From Euprymna scolopes (taxonomy: Eukaryota), in assembly GCA_053919585.1 (NCBI GenBank), contig CM132787.1: a stretch of DNA of 64,000 nucleotides; one strand, written 5' to 3'. The notes beneath the pieces are model-generated. The model was not told the origin of the DNA and searched no databases. It saw only the letters and a program-made list of their open reading frames with translations. Shown here one piece after another: positions 52,132-64,000 of this stretch. The stretch's first letter is position 1. The number at the start of each line of letters is the position of its first letter. The translations under genes and the position numbers were made by a program.

Positions 52132-53085
52132 CTAGCGGGGGTACTCGGCGTTGCTCGGGTGTTTTTAGATGTGTGTGGTGGTAAATAAAAAAGAAACCGT
52201 AACCGGGAGGGGGTAGGATCGAACCCGAAGCCTTGCGGCGAAGTTTGAAAATAAAATTAGCCAGCTAGAATGAGTTAGTGAAATATGTTTGAATTTATTT
52301 AAGTAAGAACCAAATTGACAGGAGCGTGCCCGGAAGTCGTCGAGCGTTACGATGACGACCACGTAGGGTTGTTTATTATAAACGAAGTAAAAAAAGAAAA
52401 CAACGTTTTAATTAAGCGAGGGGGGGGTAATACAAACATCGAAAAAACACAAAAAAACTAACGTAACGATGAAAACAGAAAACGAACACGTGAAAAATGG
52501 CTTGAATCAGCCTGTTTGGATATTAAATTTTTAAAAATTAGTGGGTACCCGGGTGTTTTTGGGTGTGTGGTCGGGGCTGGATAAGCGAAGTAAAACAAAA
52601 AAAAAAAAGAAAAAACGAACGTTACGTGAATAATGGCTTAAATAACATTGGGGAAATATTTAAATTAAACAAAATCGAAAAAAAAAGATATCTCACACCA
52701 CGATTCGAACCCAAAAGGTTTAGATAACGAATCAACACGCTAATCAACTGACCTAACGCTACGTACATGAGATTTTTCAGTTTTTCAACTACTTAAAGTA
52801 AATCAGGTCATGACGTATTCTGGCGCATGCGTAGAACTGCTCGTCGTCACGAGAAGCCCGTTTTTGTTGAGCCCCCTCCCCTGTCGAAAATTGTCGATTT
52901 GGGGGTAAAAAAATTGCCGTTCTGGGTCAATTTTTCGATATTTTTGGAGTGAAGGATGGGGTTTCGATATGTCTAATTTTTGTAAGTGAATTTTTGTCCT
53001 GTCTGTCGAAAGTTTTTAGCAGACACACAAACATCCACACATGCATACATACATACATTTTCGCTTTTATATATCTATATATAGA
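52132..53085 (-). mobile_element. Complete non-autonomous Helitron (family B)
   Basis: Minus strand: A|TCTATATATAG 5' end at 53085, (TATG)n, hairpin CCGAGCAACGCCGAG and a CTAG|T 3' end at 52132. Inserted at an A^T site with no TSD. Confidence 0.85.
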
Positions 53086-53505
53086 TTAAGAACATATATT
53101 TTATTAAGTTAAAGGTAACATTTTATTGTGGTAATAAAATTGACTTAATTGTTCTATTTAGAAATATAATTTAAAGTTTGTGGATTAAATGTGTTTATAA
53201 TTTAATACATATTTAATTTCTTTTCAATTATTATCATGCTACATGAGTAGCATATTTGAAGCTATTATTGTTTTATTTTCATAGATGAATACCGGTGTAT
53301 TTTACGCCGTCATAAATCCAAAAATTGTTACATATTTAAATATTCGGTTTAGCTTATACAGTATGGTACTTGATCGCCAGCTTTCCAATATGAACTAACT
53401 TTGCAATGGCTGGTATATACAGCTTGTATATATAATAATTATTAACATAATTAAAAATACATTATAGCTAAACAAATAACTTAAATATCCTAAAAGCAAA
53501 TTATA

Positions 53506-53578
<73 letters not shown>

Positions 53579-55074
53579 TAGCATTTTAACCGTTAATTAA
53601 CACAGGCTAATAAATTTCTGCATTATACTGCATTATACTGTATTATCTTCGAATATATAGAACCAAGTACTTATGATAGCAAGTACAACTTTTATAAAAG
53701 TTTGGTTGAATAATGCTGTATCTACGAATTTAAAGAGTGACGTTAGAACATTATGTATAATTATCAAGCGAGAACTACGTAGTTGGTGTCTATATACTTT
53801 AAGAATTAGTCGTTAAAATATGTCTTCGCTCTTAAAGCAGTGTTTTCGGGGGATATATGTCATCCAATAGTGAGAAAATATAAACTTACACTAATATTTC
53901 TGGAAATATAGTATTTTTGATATGGGAAACTAATACATAATGCCTAAAATCGAACTACGGTTCATCAGAATCGCCTATTTAAATATCTATATACTACACT
54001 TATATGCGAAGCATTTTGCATTATTTATAACAAAGAGACAGGGGGAATATTTTTCGAAATGACGGGAAATTAATCAAGATGTTTAAGTGATATACTGCTA
54101 CATATACAAGATGAAAATTACTAGACTTCTTTTCTGACTTATTTGCGTCTAAGCGTTCTCATATTTCTAGAAGTGAATCCTGATAGCCGACAGTAAATTT
54201 CCATTAACTAAACCCGCTTTATTAATCAATATGATAAAGTACGTACGCTTAAATGACACGAATAATGTGCGACGAAATAATGATTCACCTTTGTTGTTAG
54301 GTAAAAATACGTAAAACTGAACTGAATTATTAAATTTTAATTTGCGAGACGATAATATCTACGAAAACACTTTTGCTTCTCTTATTCTAAAAATGGAAAA
54401 AGCAAACAAAATAAAACAATATTATACCGAAAACAAATGCTATAAATAGAATTCTACACGAATGAAATATGTATAATTCAATACGCCTTATAGATTATAT
54501 AGTTTTGTGTCATAACGATGGGTTGAAATAAATAGCATATGGTAATAAATTATTTGTATTAATCTGCTTCATATATCGGACAGAAATTATTGTACAGAAA
54601 CTCTCGGAAATAAACAAATACACAAAAATAATTGGATTAGATGAAAAATAAAAAGTTTTATCAGATTAATTCCTAAATGTATATTTCTATTTTTTTACTG
54701 ATTGAATATTTTATAAGTTTTATTTTATTAGTTTTATTTTCTTATTTTAGTAACTACTCTTTCTTTAATCTATGTTCGAAAAATATCTAGGATAACATAA
54801 TTAAATATATAAAATTACAATACATAAACATCTGATTTGAATTTTATATTTCTATATTTGTTCGATGTTTTATTTGGTCTAATAATTGAAACAATTATAC
54901 ACAGGAAATATTCACAAAAAAACACTTATATGTCTTTTTCGAATGTGAGTAATCTACAAATTAAACAGAAAGGGTGTTGGAGAAACAAAGTCGTTCTTTT
55001 AGCAGTATTAATATGAATTTTATTCAGCCAAATAATATTATATTACCTTATAATAACCCCGTCATCATCTTTAA

Positions 55075-56030
55075 TCTATAATAGAAATTTCACCTACCTG
55101 GTTCAATGTGTGCATGTATGTTTGTATTTCTGACAAAAATATTTGAATGACTTGACGGATTTTTTTAGGAAATTGATATTGTTTTGACATCTCACCCTTA
55201 AGACAAAGAATATCGACGAATTGGCTAAACACAATAATTTCCGCACCCTTAACTGGGCACTTATCTACGGGGGAAGGTCGCATTTTAGACGATATTTTCG
55301 AAAGTCATTTTTTTCGATGATATTTTCGAAAGTCACTTTTTCACGTTCTTTTCTTCCTTCGCAGTAGGAATTCGGGTCGTCTGCCTACAACCACCTTTTT
55401 TGCACAACTTACACCTCCAAACACCTGGGCAACGCCGGGAACAAAGTCTTGTGTATGATATAAATTTCATCCGTCTGTGTAAATGTACGTATGTATTTAT
55501 GTATGTATGTTTCTATATCTGCCTAAAACCTTCGACAAAGGCGACGAATATAAACGAGATCAGTATCCTTTAAAGACCCGACACCTTAGACAACGAATAT
55601 CGAAAAATTGGCCTAAAATATTAAATACATAACCCTCAACTTGGCAGTTTTCACAAGGAGGGTCGCTTTTTTTCGCTGATACTTTCTTGAAATTCATTCA
55701 AACACGGCGTTTACGAGGTAGCATAAAATGCGTTATTTTGGCCGTCCGTGACGTCACAACCGTAGTAGGCGCATCTATAACACTGTTTTTTTTTGTTTTT
55801 TTTTTTCACTTTTTTTCCTCTGGTGCGTTACGAGTTCCTGCCTTCTTACTATTTCTATGTTTGTTTGTTTTTTTGTTTTTTTGCACTCGTAACTTTCAAT
55901 TGTATTGCTCCACTAACACCCTTACAAACATCTCCACTTTCTTTTTCTTCCTCTGCGTCAGGGCGTCCTGTTTACTAAACCTTTTTTGGCTCAACACACC
56001 CTTACAAACACCTAGAACAACAAATGCTAG
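55075..56030 (+). mobile_element. Two tandem Helitron copies on the plus strand (55075-55451 and about 55455-56030)
   Basis: A|TCTATAATAG start, hairpin CCTGGGCAACGCCGGG with a CTTG|T end. The second copy ends ATGCTAG at 56030 and has duplicated 3' modules. Confidence 0.72.
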
Positions 56031-56643
56031 ACTTTAATAAATGTCAATCTCAGAGAATTATCCCCATGCTATACATTAAAATGAAGGGAGAGCTGATATT
56101 ACTTAATATATAGATTTATAATTATATAAATTTGATGATATTCAAATTCAATAATATATTAATTATTATAGTCCACCTAATATATAGTGCGGATTGTAAA
56201 CATGAAATCACTGCCATCAGCATGAATGGAACGCATACCATGTAAGTTTCTATTTTTTTTTATCAGAACCCGACATCAGCAAGAAAAATCTACACATAAA
56301 CCGACATGAACGAGTAAATGCATATCTCCTTATATCCGTTAAATCGTAGTATGTTTGTAAAGTTCGAATTTTATCAACATTGACCGCTTAGGCAAAATTA
56401 AAATAACAGTTGTTTCTTAGGTTCAGATCCCTGATTTATCAGACTGTAAACAAAATAATTAAGCATTTTGAGAAATATGCTTCCTTACACAAACAAACAG
56501 ACACTGCCGCTTTACCATATCTATATTTCCACATGTTATCTCATCTGCCTGTTAAAATACCTTTACGTTTTGCAACGACAGATGACAATATGATGTATAA
56601 ATACACACGCCCACACACACACACACACACACACGCACACACC

Positions 56644-56687
<44 letters not shown>

Positions 56688-56958
56688 TGTTGGATGTGGT
56701 AACTAATGGCTACACATGCAAACATGTTTCCATATCTGTAGCCATTAGTTATCACATCCAACATATTTATATTGCTCTGTCTTAACATTGAGCATCTTTG
56801 GTTGACACATTTTGGTTCTGTTNNNNNNNNNNNNNNNNNNNNNNNNNNNNNNNNNNNNNNNNNNNNNNNNNNNNNNNNNNNNNNNNNNNNNNNNNNNNNN
56901 NNNNNNNNNNNNNNNNNNNNNNNNNNNNNNNNNNNNNNNNNNNNNNNNNNNNNNNNNN

Positions 56959-57400
56959 ACGTATATAATGACTTATTTACCGGACTCATTATATAAACAA
57001 AGACAATTTCTAGAAAAAGTCCTACTCGGACTATTACCTTGTGATGTTGATTACTCAAAACACATATTTGATCACGTGACCTCACTACTATCAAAGCCAT
57101 TCACTTCGGATTTCACCATGTAATTGAGATGTGAATTTCTATATTCTTTTCATTAACTTTCCTTACTCTTTGATATTTAAATATTAAACAACATTTCATT
57201 GTGATTTCCCATGTCTCACTGACTTTAGCAAATAAGGTGTAAACCATTATAACTGTTTGCTAATATTTTCTCCCCTGAAGAGATGGTAGACATCGAAATC
57301 CTACAGGATAAGGAGTTATAATATTTCAAATGTAGTCCTTGTCTTGCATAGAATAATTACAATTTTTGGATTTGAAATTTACAGATTTCATGTCAGAAAT
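56959..57400 (+). mobile_element. Penelope-like element 3' end / pseudo-LTR
   Basis: Contains a hammerhead. 57190-57395 is homologous in inverted orientation to 61250-61455. Confidence 0.55.
57270..57315 (+). ncRNA. Minimal type I hammerhead ribozyme motif
   Basis: CUCCC / CUGAAGA / GAUG-GUAGA-CAUC / GAAA / UCCU-AC-AGGA / UA / AGGAG. Confidence 0.75.
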
Positions 57401-57457
57401 TCTTAATAATATATAGAATGACTAAAATTTGACATATAATTTATTAACGTGTTTATT

Positions 57458-57511
<54 letters not shown>

Positions 57512-58072
57512 TATGTGTGTGTGTATGTGCGCGCGCGTGTGTGTACATATATATGTAAGAGTGTGATAAAACCTCATATGATAGGGATGGAAAACGAACT
57601 CACGATATAACAGAACAACTGGGCTATAATACTGAAATGCTAATCGTCAGATAAAATAAGGGAAACTGTCAGAACCAACAAAGCGAATATACCTTTTGTT
57701 GCCGAAGAAATATTGTTTTCCATATAGCTATATAATAAGCGAAACACCCACTTATTTACTTAAGAATGAAACCATGTAAAAAAAACTTTTGATCATACTG
57801 TCATCTGTCGTTTCAAAAGGTAAAGACAAAAACATGACTTTAGAGGGAAATTATATGCGATAAGGAGAACCTATGATAATATCGCCTTTCAAATGATACT
57901 GAATATATGCATAATAATGCGATTTGGGATATCTAGTTGGCTATCAGATCTCAGGAATTGTTTGGCCATAATGTAAATGCAAGATCGTGTTTCAGTATAA
58001 CAAAAAATAAAACATAAAAACGCACCAAGTATATAAGCAAAAATGAAGGGAGATTTGTAGAAACGATTATAT

Positions 58073-58360
58073 ACGTGGGGCCTTCAATAAGTTTCTAGAC
58101 ATTTCTTACATGGAAAATTGTATTGATAGTAGACACATGAGCATTTATAACCTTTCGAAGTAACTCCTCTGTCTGTAATGCACTTTTGTAGAGTTGCAAC
58201 ATTTTCTGGAAGGTTAAATTGAACCCTCTTGTGTGAGCGTGCCAATGACCCTCCTCATAGCATCTTTCATCTCGTCAATTGTTTCAAACCGATGGCCTGT
58301 GCATTTTTAAGGAATACCCAAAAGTTACAGGAGGCAAGATCTGAACTATTTGTTTTATGA
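58073..58360 (-). pseudogene. Mariner transposase 3' relic with TIR
   Basis: Minus-strand remnants SSDLASCNFWVF (resembles YSPDLAPCDFWLF), RFETIDEMKDA, TLTQE, CI and YFE. TA|CGTGGGGCCTTCAATAAGTTT terminus. Confidence 0.7.
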
Positions 58361-59084
58361 AGACATGTCTTGACTCCCATCTTGGTCTAATATGGTCAAA
58401 TATAATCAAATAGTTTGTCACAAGAAAGATGAAGGAGACTTAGGACAAACCTTTCCCATTTTGATTTTCCCGATAATAATTGTGTGTACAGTAACCACAT
58501 TAGCATAAAACCGCACAAATATTGGCTCAATAGATCCAAAGAGGTCAATATACATGCACTACTTTATTTAGTAAAGTGGATTCATGACCTTTTCACAATT
58601 CTCAGAATCATTCACATACTTCCTTCTTTCCTTGACTCTCGTATGCGAATCAAAAAAAAAGATGATGTATTCTTTCCAAATAGTCTATTATATGCCCTCA
58701 GTTTATGTGGGATTTTTCTTAGTTTAGAACAGTATCTTTATTGCATACTGCTCTTTTTTAGTATAGTCACATCTATATTGCATTTATACAATTCACCAGC
58801 TGTGAAAATAGCGCTTTAGTAGGGGGAATAAAATTTCCTGCTTTAGTTGCTCATTAGAACAAGCAATTAAAATAATAAAAGAGTCAGTAGGCTCACAGTA
58901 TTCACAGCAATAATATACTTAATTCTACAGATACAACGATAATTGTACTAATGTGTAAACAAAAGTCTGGTAGCTCGTATTTCTACATTTGATTTATTAC
59001 ATATATTTATACACACACACACATATATATATACGCATATATATACGCATATACATACGAATTTATATATATATATATGTATAT

Positions 59085-59836
59085 ATATTGTGAATATTTA
59101 GGCAGCATTTTCCATTTAGACAAATCATTATTGAATAGCACGGAATTATTCTGTTTTACAATTTTCTTTTTTATCTTCTCCAATCTCTTTTTGTGTTTTT
59201 TCTCGAAATTGTATATGTTGGATCCATAATCGTGAACGCTTTCGACAGAAGTACTTCTATCATCCTCAGGCATATTGTAGAAATAAATGTAGGGATTTTT
59301 TTATTTACTTATATATACATATTTTTCCTAGTCACGTAGTAATTTGTTACAAGTTAAGTGGGCGGACTTTTTTTTTACATATATTAAACACATTTATATA
59401 TACAAACACATATATACATTATCAAACATTTATCCCAAACATTTCAAAATGTTCCGGCTGCACTCATAATTAATATTATTTATTTGAGTCTTCTTTGTTT
59501 TAATGTACAATGCTTCGAGTATTCTAAGCCTATTTACAGTTTTCTCACTCTGCAATACTCTTGTATTTTCTACCATAATTCCTCGAAATTCCGAATGTTG
59601 GTAGCCATGTCCCTTCAAATGTTGTGAGAGGTGGAGAGTCAATATTCGCGACAACGTGTTAGTTTTTGAACCAACGTAGCTATTAATATTGGATATACAC
59701 TCTCCTATTGGGCAGCTAAATTTGTAAATTACATTGGTCCTTTCCAACAGGTCATTTGTTTGGGAACTGTTGTTTTTCATTAGAAGGCTTGTTGTCTGTA
59801 TTTTTTTTATAATATATAATAAATTTTATTTTTTTA
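59085..59836 (-). mobile_element. Penelope-like element 3' part: GIY-YIG endonuclease plus pseudo-LTR
   Basis: ORF 59430-59780 has NVIYKFSCP...YVG.....L..I...H...LRILEALYIK.....IN. Downstream are a decayed hammerhead core at 59234-59269 and a restart of an ORF N-terminus (RLEK..K......VLFN......LPKY) running into TA. Confidence 0.8.
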
Positions 59837-60029
59837 TTATTTTTGTGAGCCACGTATNNNNNNNNNNNNNNNNNNNNNNNNNNNNNNNNNNNNNNNNNNN
59901 NNNNNNNNNNNNNNNNNNNNNNNNNNNNNNNNNNNNNNNNNNNNNNNNNNNNNNNNNNNNNNNNNNNNNNNNNNNNNNNNNNNNNNNNNNNNNNNNNNNN
60001 NNNNNNNNNNNNNNNNNNNNNNNNNNNNN

Positions 60030-60305
60030 CGATTAAGCTACACTGAATATTCTGCGTTTCATCCAACTATATTATTCGTCAGGCTTATGCGCGAATTCTG
60101 TGGTTGCTTCTTGTTTTTATATATGTTGAGGAATTCTAGTTAGCCAATCAGCGTTCTAGTATCCACCGCACCCCTTCCTATCAGCCAATGGGCATGCATT
60201 TTATCAAACAAAGGATATGTTTTAGAACTAAGTTAGTGGTTTTAGGTAGACATTCTCCGTCTTTTTTACTTATAAATATACCTATGTGTACACACATACA
60301 TGCAC

Positions 60306-60350
<45 letters not shown>

Positions 60351-61075
60351 TGTGTGTATTTATTCGCTAGTGTTGTTTTTATACGTTGTTTTTTTTAATT
60401 TTTGAATGTACTTTTGTGGTCATAGTATACTATGAATACTGGGAACTCAAAGAAAGCGGACATTCGCCGGTAGTCGAAGGGAAAATAATGAGGCAAGCTA
60501 CCACATGCAGACATTTATACGACCCATGTAAATTATGCCTCCATGAAAAATGGTCTATCCTGTACTTTAAAGAACCTCAAAATCTATTAAACTGTAGGCG
60601 AGAAATAGCAAACAACTGTGTTCACAAAATAAAACTTACTCTAGGATAGCGATACAAAATAGCTTTAAAACTAATAGTAACAATAGAATACAAACAAATA
60701 AATACATTAAAAAAACATGAATATACATAAACGATCACACACATATATGTATATATATATATACATATATGTATATATATGTGCATGTATGTATGTACAC
60801 ATAGGTATATTTATAAGTAAAAAAAAGGAGAACGTCTACCTAAAACCACTAACCTAGTTCTAAAACAGATCATTTGTTTGATAAAATGCATGCCCATTGG
60901 CTTATAGGAACGGCGCGGTGGATACTAGAAAGCTGATTGACTAACTAGAAATCCTCAACAAGAAAAAAAACAAGAAGCAACCACAGAATTCGCGCATAAG
61001 TCTGACGAATCCTATAGTTGGATGAAACGCAGAATATTCAGTGTAGCTTAATTGCCATATATATTTTATAAATTA
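60030..61075 (+). mobile_element. Penelope-like 3' fragment flanked by inverted pseudo-LTRs
   Basis: ORF 60386-60649 has WELK....P.V...I...A........C.LCL.EK..IL.....LLN.R.E....C.H. 60033-60310 is the reverse complement of about 60775-61052. Confidence 0.82.
60997..61050 (+). ncRNA. Type I hammerhead ribozyme, intact fold (mirror copy at 60034-60087 on the minus strand)
   Basis: UAAGU / CUGACGA / AUCC-UAUAGUU-GGAU / GAAA / CGC-AGAAUAUUCA-GUG / UA / GCUUA, with a GUA site at 61043-61045. Confidence 0.8.
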
Positions 61076-61211
61076 CTAACTAGCTCTACCTACGTATTGA
61101 GAACTTTTGAAGTAAATACTTAAAATTTACGCATAAATCTATACTTTCGTATATTAAATTAATGTGCATCAATGAAGTACTTATATATATATATATATAT
61201 ACATATATATA

Positions 61212-61570
61212 TTAAATTGTAATTCAATGAATTTCAAAAAACTCTCATTGAAATGAAATGAAGTGGTTGAGTTTCATGTCAAAGAATTTTTATTATTCTA
61301 AGCAAGACAAAGAATGTTTTAGAAAGTTTATCTCCTTTACCTATAGGGTTTCGATGTCTACCATCTCATCAGAGGAGTGAAAATATTAGCAAATAGTTAT
61401 AAAGGTATGCACCCTATTTGCTAAAGTCAGTGAGACATGGAAAGTCAAAGTGAAAATAATATATTTATCAGAAGTTCTGTAGCAGGAGTATTTGTAGAAA
61501 ATTTTCTACAAATACTCCTGCTACAGAACTTTCAATGAGAGTTTTTTGCAATTCATTGAATTACAATTAA
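61212..61570. mobile_element. Penelope-type pseudo-LTR with inverted duplication, a hammerhead (61332-61377, minus) and a 60-bp perfect palindrome
   Basis: 61212-61252 is an inverted copy of 61531-61570. The palindrome spans 61472-61531. The minus strand reads CUCCU/CUGAUGA/GAUG-GUAGA-CAUC/GAAA/CCCUAUAGGUA/AAGGAG. Confidence 0.7.
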
Positions 61571-61711
61571 ATTTATTTGCTCTATCTTGAATATCGAGCA
61601 ATTCTCGTTTAGATGGGATAACTTATAGAATATTACTGCCAGTAATATTTTGTAAACCTACAATCTCACGTTTACATAACCACTGATTGTTAAATAAAAA
61701 CTACTCCGAAG

Positions 61712-61800
<89 letters not shown>

Positions 61801-62478
61801 TCTGCAACATAGAGCACTGTTTCGCTGTTTCACATCTCATCAATGCCTAAAACCAGGATCGAAACTCGATCGCCCAAATGACAATCAAGACTTCTCTACT
61901 ATTACGCTATACGGATGATGATGTGTGGGCAATGAACTAACGATGTTTTGACATTGTCGAAATGCCTCCGCTCGATTTGTTTACACAAAGAGCGTCGCTT
62001 AATACGCTAATAGGAGATTGTATATCACTTCCCAATATGCTCAACCCAAGATGGGGAGCGTTGTAGTCATGGACAATCAGTACTGTTTCACAGCTCATCA
62101 GTGAAGGTAGATGGATATGTATAATTTTGTAATAACAGAAGTAAGAAATATCATTATATATGNNNNNNNNNNNNNNNNNNNNNNNNNNNNNNNNNNNNNN
62201 NNNNNNNNNNNNNNNNNNNNNNNNNNNNNNNNNNNNNNNNNNNNNNNNNNNNNNNNNNNNNNNNNNNNNNNNNNNNNNNNNNNNNNNNNNNNNNNNNNNN
62301 NNNNNNNNNNNNNNNNNNNTATATAGAAATATATATTATGAGGAAACATCCAAAATATACGAATTCATATGGACCAATATTATTCTAACAATATTAAAAT
62401 GAAAATAAATGCGGACACATTAAAATAAACATGTTTTTAAACGTAGCCTTTATCTGACTGTGTCGATTATATATACAC

Positions 62479-62515
<37 letters not shown>

Positions 62516-62580
62516 ATGTATATATATATTAAATAAGAATCTAAAATTGATTTTTGTAAATATTTATGAACACAATATTG

Positions 62581-64000
62581 TTTTTTTTTATTAAATTTTC
62601 ACCCAAAACAAGGCACATTGCCACTTTGGTGTAGGGGGCTACTATCAGGGGAAACATCTACTATGTAGGGATTAGGGCAGCGAGATGTTGGTTCACGTTG
62701 CACTTGAACGTATGAAGGTCAGTACAGTTGGGGAAGCAGTGACCTGGAATGGAATTCCAAAGTCTAGCAGTTCTTGGGAAGAAACTACTGGAGTAGAAAG
62801 ATCTTTTACATCTAGGGGTCTCTACAGTGTGGGGGTGGGATTTTGCAGCTTGTCGGGTCTGTCGAGGGTGTTCAGGTCGTGGGGGCTCAAGTGCTTGCAG
62901 TTCTTCAGAGCATTCACCATTATAATACTTGTAGAACAGGCAGAGGTATACAACCTTTCGACGATGGGACAGAGGCTGAAGCTTAGATGACTCTTTAGGG
63001 CCTATCGGATTTGCGACTCTCTTTTGAACCCTGTCAAGGAGCGAGAGACTACTAGCCGATGCACCAGCCCAAATATGACAGCAATACTCCATACATAGGC
63101 GAATAGTGGCCTTATAGAGGTACAGGATACTTTCGGGTGTTAGAAGTTGTCTAGCACGGTAGAGAGAGCCCACCTTCCTCGCAGCGGCCCTGGCAATGCC
63201 CTCGATGTAATTGTTCCAACTCATGTTTCCTGTGAACGTTAGGCCAAGGAGCTTGAGAGACGTACTCTCAGATAAAGAGTCGTTGGCCATTGCTATAGGT
63301 GGTAGAGAAGGTTTCATGTAATTATTGAATGAAACCAGTTTTGTCTTTGCGGGATTGAACGTGACCATCCATTTTTGTCCCCATTCCACTACTGATTGGA
63401 CGTCATCATCTAGTGTTTCTGCCATTACTTTAGATATATTTTCATTTGTTTTCCTGTCGTGCCTGCTATAGAGTGTGGTGTCATCAGCATATATACCCAT
63501 CTCAGAGGCAATTTTGTCGGGGAGCTCATTTATGAATATCAGGAACAGCAGAGGTCCAAGGATAGATCCGTTGGGCACACCCGCATTTATATCATATTGT
63601 ATAGATGTACGACCGTCGAGGACAACCTGGATTTTTCCTTTATCTTAGAAGGATTTAATTATGTTAAGTATTCTACCAGTGATACCGTAAGATCTAATCT
63701 TCCTGAGGAGCCCCTCATGCCATACCCTGTCAAAAGCCTTAGATATATCTAGGGCTACCGCTCTGCCCTCTCCCGCTTTGTCCAGTGAATGGTATATGCG
63801 TTCAGAGATTACAGTGAGGATGCTTGCCGTGGAACGGTCTTGTATAAATCGATATTGTTGGTCGGTCAGAAGTTTAGCATCTGTAAGGTGCTGGACGAGA
63901 GCATGGTTAATTAAGGTCTTAACTATTTTGGCAAAAAGTGGGAGGAGGCTAATAGGGCGATAATGTAATGGGTCAGTTCTTTCGCCAGCATTCTTGAATA
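62581..64000 (-). mobile_element. CR1-group LINE, young copy, continuing beyond the window
   Basis: 305-aa open RT/C-terminal frame (YADDTT, MEYCCHIWAGA, SFFPRT..LWN). One in-frame TAA at 63645-63647 separates it from the upstream RT motifs. Poly-A tail at about 62581. Confidence 0.93.

Noticed and set aside
52694-52760. Functional tRNA gene
   Set aside because: Acceptor and anticodon stems do not form cleanly and it lies inside a Helitron; kept only as a tRNA-like fragment.
4968-61918. Many short ORFs rich in IYIYIY, poly-L/I or X
   Set aside because: They are translations of (TA)n or (ATT)n microsatellites or of N gaps, not genes.

Overview
This is AT-rich eukaryotic DNA, most likely from an invertebrate animal. 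It has about 20 N-gaps and many (TA)n tracts, and no host protein-coding gene could be supported. Most recognisable sequence is mobile DNA: an intron-containing hAT-related (hATm/hATx-like) transposon, one intact full-length RTE retrotransposon (1083-aa APE+RT ORF), four truncated CR1-group LINE copies, older LINE, Tc1 and mariner relics, many non-autonomous Helitron copies, Penelope-like element ends, a SINE-like insertion with a 12-bp TSD, and several foldback/MITE units. The most notable hidden layer is self-cleaving RNA. A complete HDV-like ribozyme fold has its predicted cleavage site exactly at the RTE 5' end. Seven hammerhead-type motifs, from intact to decayed, are mostly tied to Penelope-type ends. 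Many element termini abut (TA)n tracts. All structures were read by eye; no searches or folding programs were run.
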